Numbered from the stretch's first letter, positions 9,395 through 20,173 are shown. The stretch: DNA of 64,000 bases from Candidatus Hermodarchaeum yapensis (GCA_016840405.1 JAEOSK010000013.1:1-64000); one strand, 5' to 3'. Numbers and translations: made by a program. Notes: generated from the sequence alone by a model not told the origin.

Positions 9395-9435
9395 TAGAAG
9401 GGTGGAGTTCTGACCACCCTCCTACTCCTCTTTTT
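9395..9435 (+). terminator. Hairpin plus T-tract after the SCP2 gene
   Basis: AGGGTGG (9399-9405) pairs with CCACCCT (9414-9420), followed by CTCCTCTTTTT. Confidence 0.5.
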
Positions 9436-9517
9436 ATCCAAGTTGTTATTCGAACACACCAGAAATTAAAGACTGGAATTCTATTAGCTGTTTAGTGATG
9501 ACTATGTCCTATACGTA

Positions 9518-9718
9518 TTGTATCGTATGAAAGATGTGCTTGATGGAAAGGTTCAACCAGATAGCATTGAACCCCAGTATATTCTTGTGGGTGCTAAACA
9601 ATTATTGCCAGAGAAGTTTATGGAAGGCGTAAATTATTTTGCGAAATTTGGTTGGCGACCCGTAGGATATGGGAAGGAGGAATGGTATTTTCAGTGCCTA
9701 ATGGAGCGGGTGGAATAA
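9518..9718 (+). CDS. Small hypothetical protein (DUF4177-like C-terminus); start may be ATG 9527
   Basis: VNYFAKFGWRPVG...LMER resembles the LN..G..GWE.V...FKR pattern; fills the intergenic gap. Confidence 0.5.
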   Translation: MYRMKDVLDGKVQPDSIEPQYILVGAKQLLPEKFMEGVNYFAKFGWRPVGYGKEEWYFQCLMERVE

Positions 9719-9737
9719 AACCCTTCAAATATTCGAG

Positions 9738-11081
9738 TTATTTCACGCGATTAACAGCTTTAGCAAAGCGTTCAAGAGCAAGGTCTATTTGTTCAACAGT
9801 TATGTTGAGAGGGGCTAGGAACCTAACAGCGTTTCGCCCAGCACCGAGTACCCAAAGCTTTTCCCTTTTAACACAGTTGGCAACGACTTCGTCGCGACGT
9901 TTCGGATCAATGGCGTTGGATTCACGATCAGTAACTATTTCTACTGCGCACATGAGTCCGCGACCACGAACATCGCCAATAATCTTACTATTTTCTTGAA
10001 TGTCGCGAAGCCCTGCGAGGAGTTGAACTCCACGGTTTTCGGCGTTTTCAAGGAGTCGATCCCGTTCTATCGTTCGGAGAACAGACAGAGAGATTAGGGC
10101 TACGTAGGGTTCTGCACCAAAAGTTTCTGAATGCCGGCTGAAGTCAGTATACAGGGGTTTGGGTCCAATGCAAGCCCCAAAGGGGAATCCGCCACCGAGA
10201 GCTTTGGCTGTGCAGATGTAATCAGGGACAACGTCAGCGTGCTCGATAGCCCACCATTTACCCGTACGTCCAAGGCCTGATTGAATTTCATCTGAGACAA
10301 TGGGCGTTTCATAGTCATCAGCAAGCTTTCGAAGAGCTTTGAGCCATTTGATTGGAGCTGGAAGGAACCCACCTTCCCCGCAGATTGGTTCAACAAAAAT
10401 CCCAGCAAGGTCAATGCCTTCACATTCAATGCTATCCCGTAGATAGTCTAAACATTCTAGGCTGCAGTCTGCTTCGTGTTGCTTGAATGGACAACGGAAA
10501 CAGTAGGGGTAGGGTCCGCGAACAACATCTAGCCCTTGGGGAAAGAAGTCTCTATGGGCATGTTTGCTTGCCGTTAATGCCAAGGCATATCCTGTTCGTC
10601 CATGGAATGCGGGACGAAAGGCGACAAATCGATGGCGATGGCGAGTATCCATTAGTGATTTCACGGCGGATTCCACAGCTCTCCCGCCACTTGTCGTGAA
10701 AAATACTTCTTTCTCAAAATCACCAGGGGTCAGACCAATAAGGCGTTCGGCGAGTAGAGTTTGTGGAACCACATCAAAATCTTGTCCAGGAATTTCGCGT
10801 AAATAGTTCTGGATGCGTTGTTCAAAATCGCGAATAGCAGAGCTTCGGAATCCGAGGGCGCGAACAGCAACGCCCGCGGTCATATCCAAGTACTGGTTTC
10901 CTTTGAGGTCATAGATCCAGGGACCTTCTCCTTGGGTATGGTCGACCACGGGGTAGATATCGCGGCTTTGGGTGGTTTTCGCGATGACTTTTTCGGAGCG
11001 TTCAATCCATTCTTTACTGCTCTTTGTAATGGGCAGGTCAGGGCACAATTCTTTGAGGAGTTCTTCTGCATCTCGTTTCAT
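9738..11081 (-). CDS. Class III PLP aminotransferase (GABA/ornithine type)
   Basis: AFHGRT, EPICGEGG, DEIQSGLGRTG, TAKALGGG. Confidence 0.92.
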   Translation of the reverse strand: MKRDAEELLKELCPDLPITKSSKEWIERSEKVIAKTTQSRDIYPVVDHTQGEGPWIYDLKGNQYLDMTAGVAVRALGFRSSAIRDFEQRIQNYLREIPGQDFDVVPQTLLAERLIGLTPGDFEKEVFFTTSGGRAVESAVKSLMDTRHRHRFVAFRPAFHGRTGYALALTASKHAHRDFFPQGLDVVRGPYPYCFRCPFKQHEADCSLECLDYLRDSIECEGIDLAGIFVEPICGEGGFLPAPIKWLKALRKLADDYETPIVSDEIQSGLGRTGKWWAIEHADVVPDYICTAKALGGGFPFGACIGPKPLYTDFSRHSETFGAEPYVALISLSVLRTIERDRLLENAENRGVQLLAGLRDIQENSKIIGDVRGRGLMCAVEIVTDRESNAIDPKRRDEVVANCVKREKLWVLGAGRNAVRFLAPLNITVEQIDLALERFAKAVNRVK

Positions 11082-11236
11082 GAGGTGTAATCACCATTTG
11101 AAAACCATTACTGCGGTAACAGGAAATGTCTCAGTCTATTTAAGTCCGTGCCATTGGATAATTAATAATCACTCTTTGTGTAGTGGCATTCAGACTTGAA
11201 GAGTTATATACAGACTTACTGCTTTGAGTAGTTGCT

Positions 11237-12748
11237 ATGAAAAGCAGTAACCGACCCAAGACCGTTGGTTTTTTTCTGGTAGGATTTGGACTGGTAATCT
11301 TGTGTATGCTCATTGAATTCATTCTTGGAGCAATTCTGCCCAATGAAGTAATGCACTGGTTGTACGTAAATGGAGTATTTGTACTTCTGATCATTCTATT
11401 ATTGGCCAGCGGTCTCCTTTTCCTTAGACGAAGTCTACTCGGTCATTGGCGATACCTGTATGATAGTGTCATTTACGTGATTGCTAGTGTAATTTGCTTG
11501 GCTTCGGCAGTTCAAACAATTATTGGACTTCAGGTGGGTCATCCATGGTTGGAGTTGGCAGAAACCAATCCAATTCTAATGAATGTACTCTGGATGTTTA
11601 TTCTCCCACCCCTGAACCCTTTCACAACTGTTGCCTTGGGTGTGTTATTCTCAACTTTGGCTTGGTCTAACTATCGATTTGAACCAATCCACGTGTTATT
11701 CATCGATGCAACAAGAGAAAGACAAGTAAGAGCAGATCACTCGTATCACTGGTGGGAGCTTCTTGGAGGTTTAACCCGCGTTTCAGTGTGGCTTGGGTCA
11801 ATTTTTCTTCTTATTCTGAGTTTTCTCATTCTTGGCAGTCCTCCCCTTAGCGTTCCACCAAACATTCCGTTGTATGTTCCTCTCACGTGGATTCAGCTCC
11901 TTGTTGGTATCATCTCGGTGAGTTTCCTTAATTCTGCTGCGTTTATCGTCAATCAGATGGGAGATGTAGATACAGATCGGTTTCATTCTGAGAAAGCGAA
12001 TCTACCTATCAGTTCAAGAAGGATAAGACGTCGAACTGTCGGACTGCTGGTGGGGATTTTCACTATTTTGGGGATTGTTCTTGCTAGAGTTGTTGGAGTT
12101 TTTTTCTTCGGTGTGATGCTTTTTATTTTCTTTTTTGCTGCGATCTATTCATTTCCTCCCATTAGGCTTAAAGGGCGACCTATTTTTGACTTGGTAATGA
12201 TTGGTTTTGCGTTTGGGACTTGGGCAGTTCTTGCTGCATGGGCAGTTCTAGCATCCGTACCCTTCTCTGGATCCGGTCCTGGAGTACCGTTTGTGCTTCT
12301 TTTCGGAGCAGGATTATTTTATGCGGGAACTCATGGGATTCATACGGCTTCTGATTATCAAGCGGATGCCCAGGCGGGAGTGAATACGTCGGCAGTGTTT
12401 CTAGGACCAAAGCGGGCCTCGAATTTGGGAATTGTGTTAATTGCTTTTGGTATGCTTTTGCTTTATGTTGCTGTGGGATATTTCACACACTTATTTTGGT
12501 ATGGGCTTCTCAAATACCGGAGTATCTTTCTGCTCATTTTTTGTGGTCTTCCTTTCTTTGCCCTTTTACAGCAATTTCGAGTCAGACAACTAACTGAAAA
12601 GAGACGAGAGGAGATTTTGTGGTGGTTGCAAAGAAAAGGGCGAGTGGTTTCCTATCTGTTCTTTTTCATTCTTGTAATCTATTTACTATTCTATGTCTTC
12701 CTCTTCTATCCTGTGTACTATCCAAGTTATCTTTTTCCTTGGAGCTAG
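11237..12748 (+). CDS. UbiA-family prenyltransferase with an N-terminal multi-TM extension
   Basis: NQMGDVDTD, YSFPPIRLKGRP, DYQADAQAG. Confidence 0.8.
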   Translation: MKSSNRPKTVGFFLVGFGLVILCMLIEFILGAILPNEVMHWLYVNGVFVLLIILLLASGLLFLRRSLLGHWRYLYDSVIYVIASVICLASAVQTIIGLQVGHPWLELAETNPILMNVLWMFILPPLNPFTTVALGVLFSTLAWSNYRFEPIHVLFIDATRERQVRADHSYHWWELLGGLTRVSVWLGSIFLLILSFLILGSPPLSVPPNIPLYVPLTWIQLLVGIISVSFLNSAAFIVNQMGDVDTDRFHSEKANLPISSRRIRRRTVGLLVGIFTILGIVLARVVGVFFFGVMLFIFFFAAIYSFPPIRLKGRPIFDLVMIGFAFGTWAVLAAWAVLASVPFSGSGPGVPFVLLFGAGLFYAGTHGIHTASDYQADAQAGVNTSAVFLGPKRASNLGIVLIAFGMLLLYVAVGYFTHLFWYGLLKYRSIFLLIFCGLPFFALLQQFRVRQLTEKRREEILWWLQRKGRVVSYLFFFILVIYLLFYVFLFYPVYYPSYLFPWS

Positions 12749-12827
12749 TGATTCACGTCGTTTAATGAAGGAGGAGTACCAAAACTTTTTCCACACTTAC
12801 CACATTGATGACGGCTGTGAAGTTACT

Positions 12828-13490
12828 GTGTCAGCTCGGGGATTAATTGCTTTCGACTTGGATGGAACCTTAGTTCGGATTTGGAGTGCATGGAGCTGGA
12901 TTCATCGACTCCTTGGGACTCTTGAAGCAGCGAAGCCCAGTGCCGATCGTTACTACGCTGGAGAAATTGATTATACTAAGTGGGCAGAACTTGATGTCGA
13001 GTTGTGGCACGGCGTTCCGTTGAGTCGTATTGAACAAGCTATCCAAGAGGGGTTAGAATTCATCCCAAATGCTGCAGAGCTCGTTGAAACCTTGCAGGAG
13101 TTTGGATTCACTACTGCGATTATTAGTTCGGGTCTAGCAGTGTTTGCGGATAGAGCGAAGGAAGAACTCGGTATTGAAATTAGTCGAGCTAACAAATTGA
13201 AAACGAATGAGAAGGGTCGAATCTGTGGTGTTGAAGTTCACGTAGCCTTCGATAACAAAGACCAAGTTCTGAAGGAGATTGCAAATGATCTAGGAATCCA
13301 ACTATCGCAGTGTGCTGCCATTGGTGATTCCCGCAATGACATTCCAATGTTTAACATCGTAGGGTTTTCAATTGCATTTAATCCTTCAGCTGCAGAAGTG
13401 GCGAATGCGGCATCCACTATTGTTCAGAGTGAAAACGCCTTGGATTTACTTCCTCCATTGCAGAGTTATTTTCAGCTAGCACCCGAGTAG
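12828..13490 (+). CDS. HAD-IB phosphatase (SerB-like); likely start GTG 12828
   Basis: FDLDGTL, IISSG, GDSRND, AFNP. Confidence 0.85.
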   Translation: MSARGLIAFDLDGTLVRIWSAWSWIHRLLGTLEAAKPSADRYYAGEIDYTKWAELDVELWHGVPLSRIEQAIQEGLEFIPNAAELVETLQEFGFTTAIISSGLAVFADRAKEELGIEISRANKLKTNEKGRICGVEVHVAFDNKDQVLKEIANDLGIQLSQCAAIGDSRNDIPMFNIVGFSIAFNPSAAEVANAASTIVQSENALDLLPPLQSYFQLAPE

Positions 13491-13594
13491 TGTGCGTGGC
13501 ATACAAAATAGCTAGACTTTAATGTGAGAATTGTGCGGTAAACAGAACCATCTTTTATGGGTGGGATTCGACTTCCATTAGGGAGTGTGCGAAT

Positions 13595-15349
13595 ATGAGT
13601 CAGCGAACGCTAATTGATGCAAGTATGGGTCGTATAAAGGCAGATGTGGTCATCACCGATGTTCAGCCTATCGATGTAATTTCAAGAGAGATCCTCGAGG
13701 GCGGGATCGCCATTAAGGAGAATTCGATCTGTCGCATTGGTGATGTGAAAGACCTCATCGGAACCAAGACTAAGGTAATCAAGGGCCGTGGACGATATGC
13801 AGCCCCGGCTTTCATCGAATCACATATTCATGTCGAAAGCACGATGTTGACTCTCACAGAATTCGCTCGCGCTGCAATCCCCCACGGAACAGGCACCGCG
13901 ATTATTGACCCGCATGAGATGGCAAACGTCTCTGGTATCCGCGGATTGGAAATTTTAATGGAAGAGGCACGCAACCTTCCCCTTCGAATTCTGATGGAAG
14001 TTCCAAGCTGCGTACCAGCAGCGTCACCTGAATTGGAAACTGCGGGAGCCCGTCTGGATGCGTTTACGATTGATCGTCTTCTTCAAGATCCCATGGTAGT
14101 TGGTTTGGGTGAGGTTATGAATGTCCCAGCGGTGTTGAATAACGATGAGGACATTCATCTGAAAATCCAATTTGCCCGGAGCCAAGGTAAGGTCGTGGAA
14201 GGTCATGCTCCTGGATTAACTGGAAAACGACTTAACGCGTATATTGCTGCAGGTATTATGTCGGACCATGAATGTGAAACAGCCGAAGAAGCGGTTGAGC
14301 GACTTCGAATGGGAATGACCATCATGGCTCGTGAGGGATCCATTGCACGAAATATGGTGGACATACTTCTCCCATTGTATAAGGAAGGACGGGATTTACG
14401 GCATTGTACAATTTGTTCCGATGATATGTCTCCAGTCGAGTTGGCCGATATTGGTCACCTTGACCGCAGCCTTCGTCGGGCGATTGATGCGGGTATTGAC
14501 CCACTTGTTGCTATTCAATTAGTCACTTCGAATCCAGCACGATTTTTTAATTTGTCGAGGTTAGGACATCTTGCGCCTGGTAATGTGGGTGATATCGTTC
14601 TTCTTGATGACCTTAAGAAAATTGACGTTAGTTTGGTGCTGCACCGTGGACGTGTTGTGGCGAAGAATGGACGGCTCACTGCGAAACTTCCTCGTTTTCA
14701 ATACCCTCCAGACTTGACCCATACTATTCGTTTTGGTGCAATCCCCACTGTGTTACATTACATGGTATCTGCTAAGGATGGAAAACACAAGGTTCGGGTT
14801 ATCCATGCACGCGATGGGAGTCTTATTACTAGCGCTGAAACCCACACACTTACAGCCTCAGATGGATACGTCCACCCCGACTTAGACAAGGATATTACGA
14901 CCATAGCTGTCACTGAAAGATACATGAAAGGTGGAAATATCGGAGTAGGATTCATTCGTGGTTTTGGCATCAAGGAGGGGGCAATTGCTAGCAGTATAGC
15001 TCATGATTGTCACAATATCATAACAGTTGCTACAACGCCCGAAGATGCCCTGATGGCTGTTAGTACCGTTTCGCAAGGTAATGGAGGAATTGCAGCTGTA
15101 AACGGTCGAAAGATATTAGCCACGTTGCCCCTACCCATTGCTGGGATAATTACCGATGAACCAGTGGACAAAGTAGCTCGAAAACTACAAGCAGTACGTA
15201 AAGCAGCTAGTGACTTAGGGTGTCAACTCGAGCATCCCTTCCTAACTTTAAGTTTCATGGCTTTGCCCGTTATTCCCGAACTTCGAATCACTGATAAAGG
15301 ACTGGTTGATGCCGAGGAAATGAAAGTTGTCCCCGTTCTCCTCGATTAA
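13595..15349 (+). CDS. ade: Adenine deaminase
   Basis: HIHVES, DPHE, PSCVPA, GHAP, DHE, AHDCHN, LSFMALPVIPELRITDKGL. Confidence 0.95.
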   Translation: MSQRTLIDASMGRIKADVVITDVQPIDVISREILEGGIAIKENSICRIGDVKDLIGTKTKVIKGRGRYAAPAFIESHIHVESTMLTLTEFARAAIPHGTGTAIIDPHEMANVSGIRGLEILMEEARNLPLRILMEVPSCVPAASPELETAGARLDAFTIDRLLQDPMVVGLGEVMNVPAVLNNDEDIHLKIQFARSQGKVVEGHAPGLTGKRLNAYIAAGIMSDHECETAEEAVERLRMGMTIMAREGSIARNMVDILLPLYKEGRDLRHCTICSDDMSPVELADIGHLDRSLRRAIDAGIDPLVAIQLVTSNPARFFNLSRLGHLAPGNVGDIVLLDDLKKIDVSLVLHRGRVVAKNGRLTAKLPRFQYPPDLTHTIRFGAIPTVLHYMVSAKDGKHKVRVIHARDGSLITSAETHTLTASDGYVHPDLDKDITTIAVTERYMKGGNIGVGFIRGFGIKEGAIASSIAHDCHNIITVATTPEDALMAVSTVSQGNGGIAAVNGRKILATLPLPIAGIITDEPVDKVARKLQAVRKAASDLGCQLEHPFLTLSFMALPVIPELRITDKGLVDAEEMKVVPVLLD

Positions 15350-15467
15350 CCGCTCTTTTGGGGAAACCATCCAAGAAACTTGAGGAACAAATTCGAAACC
15401 TGCCTGACTCCAAATCCTTTTTAGGCTCAATTCATAAACGACCTATAGAACGGAGGACCAAGTTGAA

Positions 15468-16139
15468 ATGTCATTAACACTAATCCTCGCAAACTTAGCA
15501 CCCTTATTCCTTGCATTAGGATCCATTGCAGCCTTTGCTTGGTTCCTTGATAACCTGATGGGTCCAGCTTATCGCGCAAGTGGTGGAAGCAAGAAAGAAG
15601 AGGAATCGGAAAAACCCGCTGAACCCAGCATTGATTGGCGACGCGGTCTTGTCCGTCTCATCGGATTAATTGGGATTCCCATGGGAATCCTTTGCTTTGC
15701 TTCATTGGTGTCAATAGTGCTTAATCCTGGGTTGACCCCCTACGGTGACCTCTTGACACTAGCCCTTCTCGCTTGGGTAGGAATTGCTATGTTCCTTACA
15801 CCAATCAATAAACTCCCTTGGGCTGCGTTAATCGGTGTGGTCGCAGGGATTATTGCTGTCATCGCAACAGCAGCATTAAGCCCCATAATTCCAGACTTCA
15901 TCACAGGACAAATACCCCTCAACTACATTCTAATAGCGATTTTCATTATAGTCGGCGTTATCGTGTTTACCCTGTTTAAATGGGCGGAAAACATCATCGA
16001 CCTTCTTACAACGGTATTAGGGTCACGACCTGCCTTGTTACTTCTAGCTTTCATCGCTATGGCCCAAGCCATTGCTCTCCCAGTGGTATGGCTCGCATTT
16101 GGTGGAGGTGGCGGCCTACTCTGGTTCTTCATCCATTAG
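15468..16139 (+). CDS. Hypothetical membrane protein
   Basis: 223-aa ORF with about 6 TM helices, GGAGG RBS. Confidence 0.75.
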   Translation: MSLTLILANLAPLFLALGSIAAFAWFLDNLMGPAYRASGGSKKEEESEKPAEPSIDWRRGLVRLIGLIGIPMGILCFASLVSIVLNPGLTPYGDLLTLALLAWVGIAMFLTPINKLPWAALIGVVAGIIAVIATAALSPIIPDFITGQIPLNYILIAIFIIVGVIVFTLFKWAENIIDLLTTVLGSRPALLLLAFIAMAQAIALPVVWLAFGGGGGLLWFFIH

Positions 16140-16141
16140 AT

Positions 16142-17566
16142 TCAAGTAAAGTTAAGTGGAGCCGGAATCGGTAAGAAGAACAAGCGAAACAGAAGATAAC
16201 CTGATCCTACCAATAAGAACATAATGAACATAATCATTCCAACACGCAAAAACCGACCATAATCAATGGGACGATTCTCTCTTTCAGCAACTGTCATCGT
16301 CATCACATTCGCAACACTAGCAATGGGAGTCAAAGCACCGCCTAATACAGCACCAGTAATAAGAGCACTCCAAATGCCTCCAGCCGCCGAAGCCCCACTA
16401 AACGCAGCCAAATCTCGTGCCACTGGGATTAGCGTTGCCGTGACAGGAATATTATCGATAGCTCCACTAGTAAATCCTGTTATCCACAACATAGTCAACA
16501 TCGCAAGTGCTGGATCGCCCCCTGTAATATTTTGGACAACGACACCAATATTGTAGAGTACCCAAAATTCTTCCATGCATCCAACGATCATGAAGAGTCC
16601 AATGAAGAAGAAGAGAGCGGTCCAATCGACCTCGCGGAAAATCCGGTTTGATGGAATCCCACTTAACAATACAAAGAGCATAGCCATGACAAAGGCAACA
16701 ACCCACGTTAATCCGATTGAACCAAAGATGATAAACCCGATAATCATTACAATAAAGAGGATGGCTGTCCGATAGAAGACATTCCGATCTTCAACCATCG
16801 TCCAGGCATCCAGAGCCATTAGATCGGATACACGACTTTTTCGTGGCGTAATGAAGTCTCGACGAAAAATTCGCATTGAAACGAGAATTGTTGCCCCAAG
16901 AAGTATGATACCCAAAGGTAACAGATTCTGTGCAAACCACAAGAAATCATAGAACGTTACTCCGGCAACGAGCATCGTTGGAACACTCGCAATTACTGTG
17001 GTGATACCACCAACATTACCACACATGGCAGTAGAAATCAAGTACGCCATGGGATTTTGTTCAAGCGCATCACAAGCAAGTATAATCAAGGGTCCAATGA
17101 TGAGAACTGTCGTGGCAATAGCTGTTGACATAAGAAACGTAATAGCACAGAAGATGACCAAGAGATATCGAGGATTTCCTTTGCTGAAGCTGAGGGCTTT
17201 TACTGCAATAAATTGGAAGAGCCCTGAGTCTTTGGCAATTTCGGTAATCACCATTAGTGCAAGAATGACGATGATTGTGGGTAGGTCAATCCATTCGGTG
17301 AAGAAATGTCCAAATACTTCGGCAGTGAAGAATGGGTTATCCGTATACCACTGAGCTTGCTCTAACAGTCCTAGGCTTGTATAGGTCTCTACTTGGTGAA
17401 GGTGCCACGTTGGCCAGATTTGCCACAAGTAGATGATGGCTAAAGAGGCACCAATGAGAGCAGCGATAGTGTGATCAACAACGTCGAAAGTGATAAGCAA
17501 AATCACAGCGATAAAGATTAAGATGATTACAACCGCAGGGAATATCATAAATATCGTGGATTGCAT
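16142..17566 (-). CDS. ArsB/NhaD (P-protein-like, ion transporter superfamily) transporter
   Basis: NVGGITT, IDNIPVT, LGGALTPIASVAN motifs. Confidence 0.85.
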   Translation of the reverse strand: MQSTIFMIFPAVVIILIFIAVILLITFDVVDHTIAALIGASLAIIYLWQIWPTWHLHQVETYTSLGLLEQAQWYTDNPFFTAEVFGHFFTEWIDLPTIIVILALMVITEIAKDSGLFQFIAVKALSFSKGNPRYLLVIFCAITFLMSTAIATTVLIIGPLIILACDALEQNPMAYLISTAMCGNVGGITTVIASVPTMLVAGVTFYDFLWFAQNLLPLGIILLGATILVSMRIFRRDFITPRKSRVSDLMALDAWTMVEDRNVFYRTAILFIVMIIGFIIFGSIGLTWVVAFVMAMLFVLLSGIPSNRIFREVDWTALFFFIGLFMIVGCMEEFWVLYNIGVVVQNITGGDPALAMLTMLWITGFTSGAIDNIPVTATLIPVARDLAAFSGASAAGGIWSALITGAVLGGALTPIASVANVMTMTVAERENRPIDYGRFLRVGMIMFIMFLLVGSGYLLFRLFFLPIPAPLNFT

Positions 17567-17697
17567 GCTTCATCGCCTGTGACCCATTACAAAAATCATT
17601 CAAGCAATGATGTTGTTTGAGTCTCTAGATTCCTTTAATGCAACCCTGCACAAAAGCTTTTCACTCGTTTTCTTTCAAATTTTAGGGCGTATGGGGA

Positions 17698-19077
17698 TTA
17701 AGGTGCAGGAATTGGGAATATCAGGATTCGGAGGAAAAGATAACCAGTACTTATTAGAAGAAATACCAAGGTTAGAATTACGCCAGTTCGAAGAAAGGTA
17801 TTTTTTGGGAGGGGTCGTTCCTCTTTTTCTGCTATTGTGACAGCTAAAACATTGGCAGCGCTAGCAATTGGGGTAAGGCAACCCCCAAGGACAGCCCCAA
17901 CCAATAGTGAAGCCCAAAGATTACCCACAGGAAGGGCAGGTGGCCCTATTGACAGAATCTGTACCACTGGAATGAATGTGAGTGTAACAGGGATATTATC
18001 GACAAACCCACTCGTGAGTCCAGATATCCAAACCATCAAGAAGGTTGCAAAGAATGCATTACCCCCTGTCAGAGCCAATATTCCGTGCCCAATGGTTTCA
18101 AGAACGCCAAATTCTTCCATGAGACCAACCAGAAAGAAGAGCCCCATAAAGAAGAAAATCACAGACCATTCAATTTCCTTGAATATTTCACCTGGTCTGA
18201 AACCACTAAGAGTCACAAAAGCTAGTGCCCCACCTAACGCTACAAGAAAAGTCAATCCCAAAGATCCTATAGTAACAAATCCCACAATTATCACAATCAA
18301 TAGAATTGCGGTTCGATAGAAGACTAAGCGATCCGGTACTAATTCCCATTCATCAATTTCTAGTAGGTCATCAACCCGAGACCGTCGAGGAACAATGAAA
18401 TCCTTTCGGAATAATCGTAATACAATGAATATGGTGATGGCTAGTAATGTAAGACCAAGGGGCATTATATTGACGATGAACCATTCAAAAGTATACAACG
18501 TGGCTCCAGCAATGAGCATTGCAGGAACGCTAGCAATAAGAGAAGTAATTCCTCCGACATTAGTAACCAATGCAACAGAAATCAGATAGGGTGCCGGATT
18601 GGTTTCTAATGCATCACAAGCAAGGAAAATGAGAGTACCCATAATAAGCATAGTAGTAATTTGTGTCAGAATCGTCGTCATACCAAAGCTAAGTAGGCAA
18701 AAAATGATGAGAAGTTTACGAGTATCACCACCACTGAATTTGATGGCTTTGATAACAATGAATTGGAATACACCAGAATCCTTGGAGACCTCAGTAATGA
18801 CCAGCATTGACAGAATTAAGATTAGTGTTGGGAGGTCTACCCATTTATTGAAAAAATATGCAAATACCTCTGTATTGAAGTGCTCAGGTAAGAGTTGGTA
18901 TGGGGAGCTTGGATCAGCAAAAATTACTGCGGCACGCCATGTAGGCCAAATTGATGCTAGATAGAAAATTGCGATTATTCCACCGATTAGGGCTGCTGCA
19001 GTATGGTCCAGTACATCTAACATGATTAGGAGAATGATGGCAATAAACAGAATGAGGGCAAATACTGCTGGAAACAT
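17698..19077 (-). CDS. ArsB/NhaD transporter, tandem paralog of 16142-17566
   Basis: Colinear similarity: DHTAAALIG, DSGVFQFI, ACDALE, VDNIPVT, LGGCLTPIASAAN. Confidence 0.85.
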   Translation of the reverse strand: MFPAVFALILFIAIILLIMLDVLDHTAAALIGGIIAIFYLASIWPTWRAAVIFADPSSPYQLLPEHFNTEVFAYFFNKWVDLPTLILILSMLVITEVSKDSGVFQFIVIKAIKFSGGDTRKLLIIFCLLSFGMTTILTQITTMLIMGTLIFLACDALETNPAPYLISVALVTNVGGITSLIASVPAMLIAGATLYTFEWFIVNIMPLGLTLLAITIFIVLRLFRKDFIVPRRSRVDDLLEIDEWELVPDRLVFYRTAILLIVIIVGFVTIGSLGLTFLVALGGALAFVTLSGFRPGEIFKEIEWSVIFFFMGLFFLVGLMEEFGVLETIGHGILALTGGNAFFATFLMVWISGLTSGFVDNIPVTLTFIPVVQILSIGPPALPVGNLWASLLVGAVLGGCLTPIASAANVLAVTIAEKEERPLPKNTFLRTGVILTLVFLLISTGYLFLRILIFPIPAP

Positions 19078-19189
19078 CGATGTATAGTGTCGCCCCTTTT
19101 ATTGGTCTACTTGAAACCACCAATTGCATAACGTCTCAAATAAACATTTTCTCATAATAGTCAACAGAGCCAAATCGTTTCAACTGCAG

Positions 19190-19993
19190 CTAGAGCATAT
19201 TTACGAAGTCAACTATTGTCTGTACTAGAGCTTTTGGTTGTTCAAATTGGATAGCGTGATTAGACTCATCAATAATCTGCACATCTACATTGGAAAGGTG
19301 TTCTTGGTAGAAGTCACCCCATTTCACAGGAAATGTATCATCCTGAGCTGCGATGGTTACTAAAGTGGGTAGTTTGATTTCTTTGACCCGGTCCTGAATA
19401 TTGAAGCTGGCAGCTGCGCCCATGGCATACCCATGACTGTTTGCGAGCTGTTGTGCATCGCGTTGGAGAAATACGAGAAGGTCGATCATTCCTGGGGTTT
19501 CTCGGATTTTTTGGGGGTTGTAGTAGACAAATTCAAGGCTCTTTTCAACGGCCTCCTCTGGTGATAGCCCATAGGCGAGTTGGGCAATTTTAATTTGAGC
19601 ATGGGCTCCTTCGACATCTGTTGTTGGTGCAGTATCAATGAGAATGAGCGATTTGAGTCGGGATGGAGCATCGAGTGCCATTTGTTGTGCGATGAATCCG
19701 CCAAGACTATGGCCCGCCACATGACATTGCCCGATTTCTAAGTGCTTGAGCAATTCAAAATGGTCTAGAGCAAACGTATCAACCTTGGTCACTTCAGAGA
19801 GTTCACTGGATTGTCCATGTCCCCGAAGGTCGGCAAAAATCGTTTGAAAGTGTTCTGTAATAAACGGGCGGACATATTCCCAATTTCGAATCGAACCCCG
19901 GACCCCGTGGATAAGCAGGAGAGGTTCACCGGAACCTTCCACTTCATAATAGATCTTCGCATTGTTAACCTCAGCATACGGCAACGAATTCAC
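19190..19993 (-). CDS. Alpha/beta-fold hydrolase
   Basis: LIHG, DLRGHG, GHSLGG nucleophile elbow, C-terminal His. Confidence 0.9.
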   Translation of the reverse strand: MNSLPYAEVNNAKIYYEVEGSGEPLLLIHGVRGSIRNWEYVRPFITEHFQTIFADLRGHGQSSELSEVTKVDTFALDHFELLKHLEIGQCHVAGHSLGGFIAQQMALDAPSRLKSLILIDTAPTTDVEGAHAQIKIAQLAYGLSPEEAVEKSLEFVYYNPQKIRETPGMIDLLVFLQRDAQQLANSHGYAMGAAASFNIQDRVKEIKLPTLVTIAAQDDTFPVKWGDFYQEHLSNVDVQIIDESNHAIQFEQPKALVQTIVDFVNML

Positions 19994-20173
19994 CTACTCC
20001 CAGTCCCTAGTAAGAAGAAGCTAATCTGTTTTGTGCTTTCAAAGTGATTTGATAAAGCGGGTGTCTTGCCGGAAAAGTAAACTCTAATAACCGTGAATTT
20101 TCTTAGAAGTAATTAGAGGGAACCTTGATCGACAATCGATTAGGAAACGGGTTTCAAAAATTCAATAGGAGGT

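Noticed and set aside
9399-9425. Fluoride riboswitch-like words (GGTGGAGTTC, CTCCTAC)
   Set aside because: Spacing and pseudoknot do not fit, and no fluoride-related gene follows
12693-12827. Overlap of the HAD ORF with the UbiA gene
   Set aside because: HAD motif I lies just after GTG 12828, so the upstream part is probably not translated
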